A DNA stretch of 63,772 nt, the filler included, from Lama guanicoe (Eukaryota), in NCBI GenBank assembly GCA_013239625.1. It is 180 parts of 180 records of this genome, joined end to end, with 100 filler letters (N's around TTAATTAATTAA, not from the genome) between each part and the next. Parts side by side here need not be neighbours in the genome. Positions count along the whole stretch, not along the records: positions 1 to 254 come from PNXV01049076.1; positions 355 to 608 come from PNXV01049077.1; positions 709 to 962 come from PNXV01049078.1; positions 1,063 to 1,316 come from PNXV01049079.1; positions 1,417 to 1,670 come from PNXV01049080.1; positions 1,771 to 2,024 come from PNXV01049081.1; positions 2,125 to 2,378 come from PNXV01049082.1; positions 2,479 to 2,732 come from PNXV01049083.1; 172 more parts are not named here. One strand, written 5' to 3'. Both the position numbers and the translations under genes were made by a program. Numbering within the stretch: position 1 is the stretch's first letter; the number at the start of each line of letters is the position of its first letter. The notes under the pieces were generated by a model that did not search any database, was not told the DNA's origin, and was given only the letters and a program-made list of their open reading frames with translations. Shown here one piece after another: positions 1-11,949 of the stretch.

Positions 1-254
1 GCTTTATGATTTCTGATTTTGAATTCTATTAAGAACCCCTTGCCTAAACGTAGTGAAAGCTATGGCTAGGGTTAATTATTTTTGCATTTTTCCCTATGCC
101 GTTTGTTGGAAAGTATTCTATTCTTACAGTTTTGTACTAGGCATTGTCTGAAGATCTTTCTAAGTGCTCTAGCACTTAGATTTTAATTGGTGGCTAAGCA
201 CCTTTAGTTTTCCCTTTGTCTTTGTCTAATGCATTAATTAGAATCAGAAAAAAA

Positions 255-354
255 NNNNNNNNNNNNNNNNNNNNNNNNNNNNNNNNNNNNNNNNNNNNTT
301 AATTAATTAANNNNNNNNNNNNNNNNNNNNNNNNNNNNNNNNNNNNNNNNNNNN
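255..354. other. Artificial contig linker N44-TTAATTAATTAA-N44 (first of about 179 copies, every 353-355 nt through 63517)
   Basis: Invariant palindromic 12-mer (299-310) with TAA in all six frames, flanked by 44 N each side; unrelated sequence on either side. Confidence 0.99.
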
Positions 355-440
355 CATGTGATTTATCCTGGAGAATGTTCTCCGTGCACTTGAAAAGAAT
401 GTTCATTCTGCTGTTTTGGAGTGGAATGTCCTCTATGTAT
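355..440 (-). mobile_element. LINE-1 ORF2 endonuclease-region fragment, antisense
   Basis: tcctggagaatgttc...tgcacttgaaaagaatgt..attctgctgttttggagtggaatgt resembles antisense mammalian L1 ORF2 5' region. Confidence 0.75.
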
Positions 441-608
441 GCTAAATGAAACAAGCCAGACAAAGACAAATACCAAATAATTTCACTTACACGTGGGATC
501 TAAAAAAAATAAACGAACAAATAAAACAAAACAGAAGCAGACTCATAGATACAGAGAACTGGTAGTTGCCAGAGAGGAGGGAGGTAGGGGAATGGATAAA
601 ATAGCTGG
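438..608 (+). mobile_element. LINE-1 ORF2 end / 3' UTR fragment (L1MA-type), sense
   Basis: atgctaaatgaaacaagccagacaaagacaaatac...cagactcatagatacagagaac..tggtagttgccagag. Confidence 0.8.
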
Positions 609-2124
609 NNNNNNNNNNNNNNNNNNNNNNNNNNNNNNNNNNNNNNNNNNNNTTAATTAATTAANNNNNNNNNNNNNNNNNNNNNNNNNNNNNNNNNNNN
701 NNNNNNNNCCCCTGGCCATCCCACACTCAAGTCCTGTGTTCAGAGGAGACAGCAGTACAGGAGAGGGGGGCACTCCATCCGTGGCTCCTCACCTTCCCCA
801 GCACCCTCTCTGACTGCAAGTCTTCAGTAAATACTGCCAAGATAATCACGGAAGGAAAGTCAGCTGGACTCGCCAAGGGTGTTGTCATCAGTTGAGCTAA
901 GACACTGAAAGGATGTCATGGACTGGAAGTGTGAGTGTATGATGGACAGTGTGCCTTGTCATNNNNNNNNNNNNNNNNNNNNNNNNNNNNNNNNNNNNNN
1001 NNNNNNTTAATTAATTAANNNNNNNNNNNNNNNNNNNNNNNNNNNNNNNNNNNNNNNNNNNNCGAAGACATCAGTCTCTTGTCCTTTGTTGGAGAACATG
1101 TGACCACACTGATGGAAGTGGTTCCTTCACCAACATCATAGTGTTAAATGTGAAGCCGGAGGTCAGTCAGCCCCGTCCACAGACAAATGGGCTCCTTAAG
1201 TAGGTTCATAAACAAGCGTTACTCCCCCACCTGGGGAGTCATACTGGTTTACTCTACATTATTAGGGCTTAAGTACTCAAGTTCCTAAGTGAGGAAAGCC
1301 ATCTGGTTGAGACAGTNNNNNNNNNNNNNNNNNNNNNNNNNNNNNNNNNNNNNNNNNNNNTTAATTAATTAANNNNNNNNNNNNNNNNNNNNNNNNNNNN
1401 NNNNNNNNNNNNNNNNGTGTTAACGCCTTCTGAGCCCCAAAGTGAAACAAAACCCGACACCCCCCAAATCAGGTACTCGAGTCTGTGATGAAGGCAGCAG
1501 AAACAGAGAACGTACAAGAGTGAGTGGGCGGCACACATGCAAGGGTGTTAGTGGGAAGGAAGACATGAAATTCCAGATGATTCGGACCCAACACTATGAG
1601 GCTCGGATGGACACCAATGACCACAGATGGCCTGACACTGTCCAGAAGGTGACAAGTCACTAAGGGAAAGNNNNNNNNNNNNNNNNNNNNNNNNNNNNNN
1701 NNNNNNNNNNNNNNTTAATTAATTAANNNNNNNNNNNNNNNNNNNNNNNNNNNNNNNNNNNNNNNNNNNNACACACACACACACATCCTTGGTTCCAAGC
1801 ACAGCCACCCCATCCTCCTCAGCAGAAATTACCACTGATCGATGGTAATTTTACAAGTTTACTCTGCATAGAGTTATCTATACACTGCGTGCAAATTCCT
1901 TTTCAGCCAATTTAATTTACTCACGTTTTTGAACGCATCTCAAAGACACAGTTAAATATTAGATACTTTCCTACAAATTCCATGAGCCCCAATATTTTAA
2001 TCTTATGTTTATATATAGCATCTTNNNNNNNNNNNNNNNNNNNNNNNNNNNNNNNNNNNNNNNNNNNNTTAATTAATTAANNNNNNNNNNNNNNNNNNNN
2101 NNNNNNNNNNNNNNNNNNNNNNNN

Positions 2125-2262
2125 CCATGAGGCCTTGTTTCTCCTTTCATGCTCTGGTCCAAATGTGGACAATACATTTTTCACTGAATTTGTCTCGATT
2201 GAGACAGGCCAGAATATATGAATGAGTCCATCATATTCTGGGTGCGGAACAGAACTGAAATA
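2125..2262 (+). repeat. Unidentified repeat family, copy A (homologous to 36302-36438)
   Basis: Essentially ungapped hand alignment of about 138 nt at roughly 80% identity to 36302-36438. Confidence 0.85.
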
Positions 2263-4004
2263 ATGTCACAAGTAGAAGGAGTCTAGGCTGTCCAGGTTGG
2301 CAAATGCAGGTTGGGATTGTGCCCTGGACAAAGGCCTTTCCCGTGGCTCCCGAGAGCCCAGATGTCGGAGTGAGAACANNNNNNNNNNNNNNNNNNNNNN
2401 NNNNNNNNNNNNNNNNNNNNNNTTAATTAATTAANNNNNNNNNNNNNNNNNNNNNNNNNNNNNNNNNNNNNNNNNNNNGAGTGTGTACGTGTCGGGTGGG
2501 GGTGTCCTGTTTCCCCCTTCCACTGCCGAGGGTCCTGATTTTCAGTGCGGAAGCTTAGCTTCTTCAAAGGCAAAGCAGGCATCATGGCCCCTCGTGAACA
2601 GTCACGCCTCCTGTGAGTCCATCTTCATCTACTGTCCCTAAGTTATCCCAGCCTTCTGGAAGTGGAAGTTACTGGGACTATTCTAAGAGCAAATTTACAT
2701 ACCGCAAGCTCATGGCATACGTTTAAGGTGATNNNNNNNNNNNNNNNNNNNNNNNNNNNNNNNNNNNNNNNNNNNNTTAATTAATTAANNNNNNNNNNNN
2801 NNNNNNNNNNNNNNNNNNNNNNNNNNNNNNNNATCATGCCCAGGAAACAGAAGCATGAAAATTTGGCTGTAACACTTACTGTCCGAAAAAACAAAACAAA
2901 CAAAAACAAACTTTTAAGACAAAGATGGCACTCAATAATTATAGGTAGTTAATATATTAGGAAGTTATAGTAATTATAAGTGTTTTTGTGTTTAATATTA
3001 GAGATTTAAAGTATACTGAGTGAACGCTGACAGTGCACAGATACAGACAAGTCTAAATCATATTGTGTGACATCAACTTCCTCCTCNNNNNNNNNNNNNN
3101 NNNNNNNNNNNNNNNNNNNNNNNNNNNNNNTTAATTAATTAANNNNNNNNNNNNNNNNNNNNNNNNNNNNNNNNNNNNNNNNNNNNCAACAAATATTCCT
3201 GCACCTATTATGATACTGAATAAAAAAATTGTTCCGTGGAAATATCCTATTACCCGTTGAAGCTGAGTACTTCCTCCCATCTTCATTAGTTTAATGAATT
3301 TTAACAGCTAACATAAATTCACAGTTTCTACTCCGTTCTTCTCGTGAAAGGCTTCAGGCAATCTTCTCACAGTTAAGTGCTTTGCTCTCCTCCTCTTGTC
3401 TTACTCAAACAGATTTTGTTCCAGCACCGAACGTAATTAANNNNNNNNNNNNNNNNNNNNNNNNNNNNNNNNNNNNNNNNNNNNTTAATTAATTAANNNN
3501 NNNNNNNNNNNNNNNNNNNNNNNNNNNNNNNNNNNNNNNNGTCTCAATATCAAAAGAACTTTAAATGCAGTCCATTACTGGCAAGGTGCTTCCTCAATTC
3601 AGGGACAAAGCATCAATGGAACCAACCCAGAAGAAAGGTTCTCACTGTCCACCAAAAGACTGGCAGCTGGTGTTTCTCTACTCCCTTCAAGGCTGAAGTG
3701 TTTGTAGCTTTACAGATGAGAGCAGTCCTGATCATAAACCTGACAGCTTTTGCACAAAACAGTGGAGTTAGCCTCTCACTTCCTGCCTTAAGTCNNNNNN
3801 NNNNNNNNNNNNNNNNNNNNNNNNNNNNNNNNNNNNNNTTAATTAATTAANNNNNNNNNNNNNNNNNNNNNNNNNNNNNNNNNNNNNNNNNNNNATCTAA
3901 TCGCGCAAAATCATCGGCTCAAAGTGCAGAATCTTACCAAATAAATGAGGTTCGTTTGTGGCTGTTTCCTTGCATTTCGTTGTCTGAATTCAGGTGCTGC
4001 AGGT

Positions 4005-4148
4005 ACATGGATCTGAGAAACTAAAGAGACAAGTTATTTCTTCCCCACACGCCCAGTGTGCAACGGTGGGCAGTGGATAAGCCTTACAGATGTTCTTGTT
4101 CAAAAAGGGACAAAGCAGTAGGGGCAGAGAGGTGACTGGTATATGACA
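4005..4148. mobile_element. Old ERVL-MaLR (MLT1-type) fragment
   Basis: gaaactaaagagacaagttatttcttccccacac...caacggtggg...gttcaaaaaggga resembles recalled MLT1 sequence. Confidence 0.5.
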
Positions 4149-4389
4149 NNNNNNNNNNNNNNNNNNNNNNNNNNNNNNNNNNNNNNNNNNNNTTAATTAA
4201 TTAANNNNNNNNNNNNNNNNNNNNNNNNNNNNNNNNNNNNNNNNNNNNGCGCTGACGGTGCGTGAGCCTGTGGCAAGGAGTCCTGCTCCGGTGTGTGTGG
4301 GGCACATACATCAGTGTGCAGAGAGCTCTGGTGGTAATAGAAAGAATGAACAAATGAATGAAAAGAGGGAGGGAGAGAGGAAAGAAAAA

Positions 4390-4502
4390 ACTCTAAATGT
4401 TTAAATGTTCACCAAAAAGGGAACAAATTAATAAATGGTGGCATGATCACATGAAAGACTACTATACAACAGTGAAAAATGAATGGGTTAGACCCACATA
4501 CA
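4390..4502 (+). mobile_element. Ancient L1 (L1M/L1ME) 3' fragment
   Basis: taaatgttcacc...ataaatggtggcatgatcacatgaaagactactatacaacagtgaaaaatgaatg. Confidence 0.6.
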
Positions 4503-6373
4503 NNNNNNNNNNNNNNNNNNNNNNNNNNNNNNNNNNNNNNNNNNNNTTAATTAATTAANNNNNNNNNNNNNNNNNNNNNNNNNNNNNNNNNNNNNNNNNN
4601 NNGGGATGCCAGCTTTACTGTAAGATGATCACATTTACTGTAACAGACACACAGAAGTGCGGCCTGGATCTAACGTTGCCACAAAACATTAAAATCAAAA
4701 AGCCAGTTTCTAGAGAACTGAGCACCCTATAGGGAAAGATGCCAAAGAGGCAAATTGCACATTTTTATTATGAGCCAGAATGTGAATAAACATTTCATTA
4801 TACCTCAGCTGCTTCATTTACTCCAGGAAAGTTTAATAGATCCTACTGAGGAAAAANNNNNNNNNNNNNNNNNNNNNNNNNNNNNNNNNNNNNNNNNNNN
4901 TTAATTAATTAANNNNNNNNNNNNNNNNNNNNNNNNNNNNNNNNNNNNNNNNNNNNTGAACCAGTCACCCAGGCATGTCTTTAAGCTTCTGGACCCCATT
5001 CCTCTTACCAGAAATGCTGAGAAGTTTAAAAGTTCTTTGGTTTGGGGCTTATTGCCTCTCGAGTTCTTTGTCTGCCCTGTGGCTGAAACACAAAGGACAG
5101 AATGAATGGCAGAAAGGTAGAAACCAGCTGATCCCCAGAACCTGACAATCTAGTAACACAGATATTCAGATTCTGTGTCACTCAGACGTGACTGCGTCAG
5201 TCCTAATGCTNNNNNNNNNNNNNNNNNNNNNNNNNNNNNNNNNNNNNNNNNNNNTTAATTAATTAANNNNNNNNNNNNNNNNNNNNNNNNNNNNNNNNNN
5301 NNNNNNNNNNGAGTGGAAGAACAGTTCTGCAACATTAATTTGCCTGGTTTTACAAGCAGATAAAAATGAGCCCCCTTGCAGGAGGAGTCACAGCCTGACT
5401 AAAGAGAAGCCACATCCATGGTGAGGAGGGATGACAAGGGCCAGAAATGGGGAAACAAGATGTGGAGAGGAAGTCAAGCCTTAGAGATACATACACCTGT
5501 TTCTAGTACGGTGATGGCTTGGAGTCACTTATAAATGGTAGTGGTAATAGCAGTAGCAGGAGCTNNNNNNNNNNNNNNNNNNNNNNNNNNNNNNNNNNNN
5601 NNNNNNNNTTAATTAATTAANNNNNNNNNNNNNNNNNNNNNNNNNNNNNNNNNNNNNNNNNNNNATTCCCTTAAACTTCAATAGTGTCTATCTTTGCCTT
5701 TAAAAAAAAAAAAGAAAGAAAGAGAAAGAGAAAAACTAGACGATTTTCTTCCTTTTGTCTGTGCCTCCTTCCATATAGCATCTCCCTGGGGGGAGGCAGA
5801 GGAAGATATGTTCCTCCTCAGGGTTTGGAAAGTAGGTTGCTCTGTCCAAGATGCTCCGGTTCCAGGCTGCATGGGTAGCAGATCAATGGTAAAAGATCAG
5901 GAGGGACAGATGAGAGCTNNNNNNNNNNNNNNNNNNNNNNNNNNNNNNNNNNNNNNNNNNNNTTAATTAATTAANNNNNNNNNNNNNNNNNNNNNNNNNN
6001 NNNNNNNNNNNNNNNNNNTTTTTTTTCCCCCAGATTGATTCCTATGGTTTATTTTTATTTTACTTAAAGTGGTGATGGCCCATTTGTTAATTTTACTATT
6101 GACCCATGAGGCTTTTAAGGACCCCGTGGACTCAACTTGTTCATCTTCCCATTTCTAGTTAAAAATGACATTTTATAATTGCCTTATTTTCTCCAAAAGT
6201 TCTCTTGAGAAAGAGGTTTTCATGCATTTTAATATAATGTGGGTCTTGCTTAATACATTCTGTAACCAGAAAANNNNNNNNNNNNNNNNNNNNNNNNNNN
6301 NNNNNNNNNNNNNNNNNTTAATTAATTAANNNNNNNNNNNNNNNNNNNNNNNNNNNNNNNNNNNNNNNNNNNN

Positions 6374-6627
6374 ACGTCATGGTAGGAACCTGAACTCAGC
6401 CACGGTGGGAATGTTTCACCGTGGAAATCGGCAAACGCTACACGTCAGGGCTTGAACCCTTTTGTTGGCTGCCGAGACAAAAGAAAGTTAGGGAAAGGGT
6501 TAATAATGCAGAGTACACTTAACACTGTGTCATGTCTGTAGCCCTCACACTGTGAGCAGCACAAAGAAGCCGAGGAAGCACTTCCAATGTCTGAAAACAG
6601 TTACCTGATTGAGCGAAGAAGCCACTC
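6374..6627. mobile_element. hAT-Blackjack / MER63-like DNA transposon fragment
   Basis: cagccacggtgggaatgtttcaccgtggaaatcggcaaacgctac..tcagggctt and gttaataatgcaga..acacttaa..ctgtgtcatgtctgtagcc match recalled MER63 consensus. Confidence 0.75.
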
Positions 6628-6742
6628 NNNNNNNNNNNNNNNNNNNNNNNNNNNNNNNNNNNNNNNNNNNNTTAATTAATTAANNNNNNNNNNNNNNNNN
6701 NNNNNNNNNNNNNNNNNNNNNNNNNNNATTCTTATCTGTTAA

Positions 6743-6853
6743 TTCATCCACTTAACAGACGACTCTCAAGTGTCGTTTAGGTACTGAGCGCCACTGTGAC
6801 GTTGCAGAATGCAAACAGGTCACAAGCACAGCTCCTGGCCTCCGGGAGCTTGC
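6743..6853 (-). mobile_element. L2 3' end fragment
   Basis: ttcatccacttaacaga...aggtactg...cagctcctggcctccgggagctt pattern of the L2 tail. Confidence 0.5.
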
Positions 6854-7436
6854 TACTGTCGTCACCATTTCTATGATTTGCTTTACTCTATTCTGTGCTT
6901 CCTGTGTCCCAGAGCCCACTAGGACTTTGTAGCTGTCTTTATATGTATTTTTATTGGTATTTAATATGTGCCAAATACTTTNNNNNNNNNNNNNNNNNNN
7001 NNNNNNNNNNNNNNNNNNNNNNNNNTTAATTAATTAANNNNNNNNNNNNNNNNNNNNNNNNNNNNNNNNNNNNNNNNNNNNTATAATAATTGATCTCTAG
7101 AGTTTGAATGTTGAACCCATTGGGCATCAAAAGCTGATTATATATTCAAAATATTTCCTCTCTGACTCATGTCAGAGACATACATATGTATGTGCGTATA
7201 TATACATATATATGAATTTTAGTTTTATTTATAGCATTTTTTGACATTCACGCATTTAAATTTTTTGTGTGTCTACCAATATATTCCTTTGTTTTTTCTT
7301 CTTTTGCATTTCAATTGTAAAGTTGATTATTTTTTTNNNNNNNNNNNNNNNNNNNNNNNNNNNNNNNNNNNNNNNNNNNNTTAATTAATTAANNNNNNNN
7401 NNNNNNNNNNNNNNNNNNNNNNNNNNNNNNNNNNNN

Positions 7437-7691
7437 TAGTAATGAGAAACATATAAATTAAAACAGTGTTGATATACACTGTTCAGTTAAAACATTTTCA
7501 CCCTTAAAATGGGTGGGTGAGAAAGAAGAAAACTAGATGATCTGAACCATTGTCTGCAAGAGTATAAACTGGTCCAATTTCCTTTGAAAAATTACTTGGT
7601 AATATCCATAAAAATTAAAGAAAAAGTATACCATTTTAGCAGCAAACACATTTTTAGAAGGTTTTCCTACACATACGCAGAAAGACACATG
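7437..7691 (+). mobile_element. Ancient L1 ORF2 3' fragment
   Basis: gagtataaactggtccaatttcctttgaaaaattacttggtaatatc...ataccattt..gcagcaa. Confidence 0.55.
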
Positions 7692-7791
7692 NNNNNNNNN
7701 NNNNNNNNNNNNNNNNNNNNNNNNNNNNNNNNNNNTTAATTAATTAANNNNNNNNNNNNNNNNNNNNNNNNNNNNNNNNNNNNNNNNNNNN

Positions 7792-8046
7792 AAAAAAGTA
7801 TCATTGATGTAAATGTAGCACTGAAAAGTCTAAAAATTTCAGGATAAAACATAGTAGAAAATATTCATGACTTTGGGAAATGTAAAGACTTCTTAGATAA
7901 AACAACAAAAGTAAAATCAATAAAATAAAAACATGATACATTAGAAAACTTCAAAATTAAATCTTTTATTCTTCAAAAGATACACTTAAGAGGATGTAAG
8001 AACAGTTTATATTCTGGAAAACATTATTTTCAGGTTTGTATTTCAT
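7792..8046 (+). mobile_element. L1 ORF2 C-terminal-half fragment (decayed)
   Basis: gataaaacatagtagaaaatattcatgactttgg...aaagacttcttagata...acttcaaaattaaa. Confidence 0.7.
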
Positions 8047-8624
8047 NNNNNNNNNNNNNNNNNNNNNNNNNNNNNNNNNNNNNNNNNNNNTTAATTAATT
8101 AANNNNNNNNNNNNNNNNNNNNNNNNNNNNNNNNNNNNNNNNNNNNTTTTTTTTAACTTAATCACCAAAGTGCTTTTCACTGTACTGTATCAGACAAGTT
8201 TTGAAGACTTCTGTTCAGAAATATGTTTCTTTGATTGCATCGCTATTTCCTCCTGTCCTTCATTTAAAAAGCTTTTTTTCTTTTAAGGCACAACCTTCAT
8301 GTGTCATCTTCTAATCACTTGCCTGGACTCACTAAATTTCAGTGACAGTGTCATCACTGCATTTACATTCTTATGTCAAATTTCAAATTCATTCTTTAGA
8401 CNNNNNNNNNNNNNNNNNNNNNNNNNNNNNNNNNNNNNNNNNNNNTTAATTAATTAANNNNNNNNNNNNNNNNNNNNNNNNNNNNNNNNNNNNNNNNNNN
8501 NAGAGTATAATGATAAAACCTAAATTGCACAACACATACACACAAAGCTTTCTCACATCAAAAACGGTTAGTGGAGAAAAACCTGCAGTACTGAGGGAGG
8601 ACCCTGTGGGGGCACAGAGATTCG

Positions 8625-8715
8625 GGGAGTTCGCTGGGGGGGCGGAGGAGAGGGGCGTTGGGGCGGATGAGGAGGCGGGAAGTGATGGGAGCAGGTGCTG
8701 CGCGGGCGGGGGTCT
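8625..8715. promoter_or_regulatory. GC-box cluster at the edge of a CpG-rich region
   Basis: ggggcgga twice, ggggcgtt, ggaggcggga and gcgggcgggg within about 90 nt. Confidence 0.4.
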
Positions 8716-8929
8716 ACCCAGCTTGCCACAGCTTCTTCTGATCTTCATTCGCCAGGNNNNNNNNNNNNNNNNNNNNNNNNNNNNNNNNNNNNNNNNNNNN
8801 TTAATTAATTAANNNNNNNNNNNNNNNNNNNNNNNNNNNNNNNNNNNNNNNNNNNNTAACCACATGGGATCTAGTAGTATCCTGAAAAAGAACCTGAGGA
8901 GGGGGCTGTAAGGAGCTTGTCATGGAGAA

Positions 8930-9111
8930 CAGGGGTTCCCTCCACTGGCACATTGGACATGCACAATTAAATACAGCCAATCATCCTTGGTTGTGGGGGT
9001 GCCTTGGGCATAGGAGGAAACTTAGCAGCATCTCTGGTGTCTACCCACTGGATGCTAGCAGAAGCCTTTAGCTGCGACAACCAAAAATGTCTTCAGATGT
9101 TAATAAATGTT
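8930..9111. mobile_element. MER20 (hAT-Charlie MITE) fragment
   Basis: ttagcagcatctctggtgtctacccactggatgctagcag...gacaaccaaaaatgtcttcagatgtt is diagnostic of MER20. Confidence 0.85.
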
Positions 9112-9211
9112 NNNNNNNNNNNNNNNNNNNNNNNNNNNNNNNNNNNNNNNNNNNNTTAATTAATTAANNNNNNNNNNNNNNNNNNNNNNNNNNNNNNNNN
9201 NNNNNNNNNNN

Positions 9212-9821
9212 ACAGCACCACTCATTACAGTCCCCGAATACTTGGCATTATTTGGATTCAAGCATCCTAGCACTGCCCTAGTTCCCAGGTCTCCAGACGG
9301 TTCAAGTGAACCTTTAAGGAAGCAGAACCAGTGTGACAACAAATAAGCTCCTGGCCTTAACCTCTTTAGTTCAGCTTCTCCCCAGTGTAATCTGAGACCC
9401 TTGTGTTGCAGCAGAGATGGGCAGAAACACCCTGACAAAGCAGCTGATTCCAAGTAACAACTCAAGNNNNNNNNNNNNNNNNNNNNNNNNNNNNNNNNNN
9501 NNNNNNNNNNTTAATTAATTAANNNNNNNNNNNNNNNNNNNNNNNNNNNNNNNNNNNNNNNNNNNNACAGCACCACTCATTACAGTCCCCGAATACTTGG
9601 CATTATTTGGATTCATGCATCCTAGCACTGCCCTAGTTCCCAGGTCTCCAGACGGTTCAGGTGAACCTTTAAGGAAGCAGAACCAGTGTGACAACGAATA
9701 AGCTCCTGGCATTAACCTCTGTAGTTCTGCTTCTCCCCAGTGTAATCTGAGACCCTTGTGTTGCAGCAGAGTTGGGCAGAAACACCCTGACAAAGCAGCT
9801 GATTCCAAGTAACAACTCAAG
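9212..9821 (+). repeat. Duplicate contig pair 1 (9212-9466 vs 9567-9821), assembly bubble arms
   Basis: Equal length, 7 substitutions, first and last 49 nt identical. Confidence 0.97.
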
Positions 9822-10276
9822 NNNNNNNNNNNNNNNNNNNNNNNNNNNNNNNNNNNNNNNNNNNNTTAATTAATTAANNNNNNNNNNNNNNNNNNNNNNN
9901 NNNNNNNNNNNNNNNNNNNNNTGATGTGATTTTTATTTAATGTTAGTGTTCGTAGTAAATAGGGTTGATTGCCTACCCAATTCCTTTTCCTCCCTGTCTT
10001 TCCTCCTGACAGAGCGAACCCCAGGTGCCCTTCAAAATAGAGTGTGTAATTGGAGACTCCAACAAAAAGATGGGACCCTAAGTGCTATCCCATGGTATAA
10101 GAGTGATCTAGGAATAAATTCACCCCTCTGAGGACTGCAAGAAAAATAATCTGCCTCAAACCTATGGATTAAGCATNNNNNNNNNNNNNNNNNNNNNNNN
10201 NNNNNNNNNNNNNNNNNNNNTTAATTAATTAANNNNNNNNNNNNNNNNNNNNNNNNNNNNNNNNNNNNNNNNNNNN

Positions 10277-10485
10277 GAATTATGACATGAATACAGAAAA
10301 GTACACAGCTGAAGTGTACAACTCAGTGAGTTATCAGCAAGGGAGCCTCTTGTTTGGCATAACTAGCACCCAGAAGCCCCTCTCAGACTCTTCATCACTG
10401 ACTCTTCCCTCTTGCCCATAGGTAACCCCCTGAGCTGGCTTCTAACACTACAGATTAGTTTAGCCTGTTTTTTAATTTTCTGTAG

Positions 10486-10487
<2 letters not shown>
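10277..10487 (-). mobile_element. L1MC/L1ME-type 3' end, antisense
   Basis: tacagaaaagtacaca...aagtgtacaactcagtgagtt...ggtaacc...ttctaacactacagattagtttagcctgtttt. Confidence 0.7.

Positions 10488-10529
<42 letters not shown>
10488..10529. repeat. (AT)n microsatellite at contig end
   Basis: About 21 perfect AT units. Confidence 0.95.
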
Positions 10530-10984
10530 NNNNNNNNNNNNNNNNNNNNNNNNNNNNNNNNNNNNNNNNNNNNTTAATTAATTAANNNNNNNNNNNNNNN
10601 NNNNNNNNNNNNNNNNNNNNNNNNNNNNNTGAACCACACCCACCCTGAGTAATATCTATGCTCCTCCTGGTGATTTATACACGTGGAGGACCAAGCGTAT
10701 CAGGGTAATTTTATTACTTGTGATTTTTTCTGAATGATTATTCTGGAGCAGTTTGTATTAAAATTATTTCAAAATCTGATTTTAATTTTTTTACTCTAAT
10801 CACACAACTGTCAAGATTTTTCTAAATACTTATACTTGAAGGAGAGGAATGTAACTGAAAGATTAAATGTAATTACCTTTCTAGNNNNNNNNNNNNNNNN
10901 NNNNNNNNNNNNNNNNNNNNNNNNNNNNTTAATTAATTAANNNNNNNNNNNNNNNNNNNNNNNNNNNNNNNNNNNNNNNNNNNN

Positions 10985-11239
10985 GAAGCAACCCCCATGT
11001 AACTAACAAGTGCAGCTACCCTGAGATCATCACGTCATGAGGAGGCTCAAGCTAGCCACACGGGGAGGGTGTGGAGTGAGAAAGGGCAGTGCAGGCCAGC
11101 TCCTAGCCGTTCCCACCATCCCAGCTCAGGCACCAGACACAGGAGTGAAGGAGACATTCCAGCCCAGCAGACAACAAATATAGAAGGACGAAGGCCCCAG
11201 AGTAGGAACCCCCAGTCGAGCCATGCCAGATGTCTCTGG
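10985..11239 (+). mobile_element. MLT1 (ERVL-MaLR) LTR fragment, MLT1F/H-like
   Basis: ctaccctgaga...tgaggaggctcaagctagccacac...catcccagctcaggcaccagaca..gagtgaag. Confidence 0.75.
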
Positions 11240-11339
11240 NNNNNNNNNNNNNNNNNNNNNNNNNNNNNNNNNNNNNNNNNNNNTTAATTAATTAANNNNN
11301 NNNNNNNNNNNNNNNNNNNNNNNNNNNNNNNNNNNNNNN

Positions 11340-11594
<255 letters not shown>

Positions 11595-11694
11595 NNNNNN
11601 NNNNNNNNNNNNNNNNNNNNNNNNNNNNNNNNNNNNNNTTAATTAATTAANNNNNNNNNNNNNNNNNNNNNNNNNNNNNNNNNNNNNNNNNNNN

Positions 11695-11949
11695 TTTGCA
11701 ACTTTCCATACAAAGAAAAGTGCTAAATTCCTTAACTTGAGATATCTGATTTTCTTTCATTAACATTAACCTTTTGATGTTCCAATTACCCATCTTTGTT
11801 GCAAAAACTATATATCTTGGCTCCTCCTTTGCCTCTGCAGAGCAGTCTCTTAGACTTATCTGAGAGGTTGCCTCCTGGCTTGAAGCCCTCAGAAAGTCCA
11901 CCAAATAAAACACAATTCTCAATTTATAGGTTGTGCCTTTTTTTTTTTT
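11695..11949 (+). mobile_element. ERV1-class LTR, U3/R/U5 part
   Basis: TATA-like ctatatatc near 11808 and AATAAA near 11904; homologous to the reverse complement of 12937-13013. Confidence 0.7.

Noticed and set aside
9160..9820. Apparent tandem duplicated 101-aa gene pair
   Set aside because: Both ORFs come from bubble arms of one sequence, include N padding and show no recognisable protein similarity
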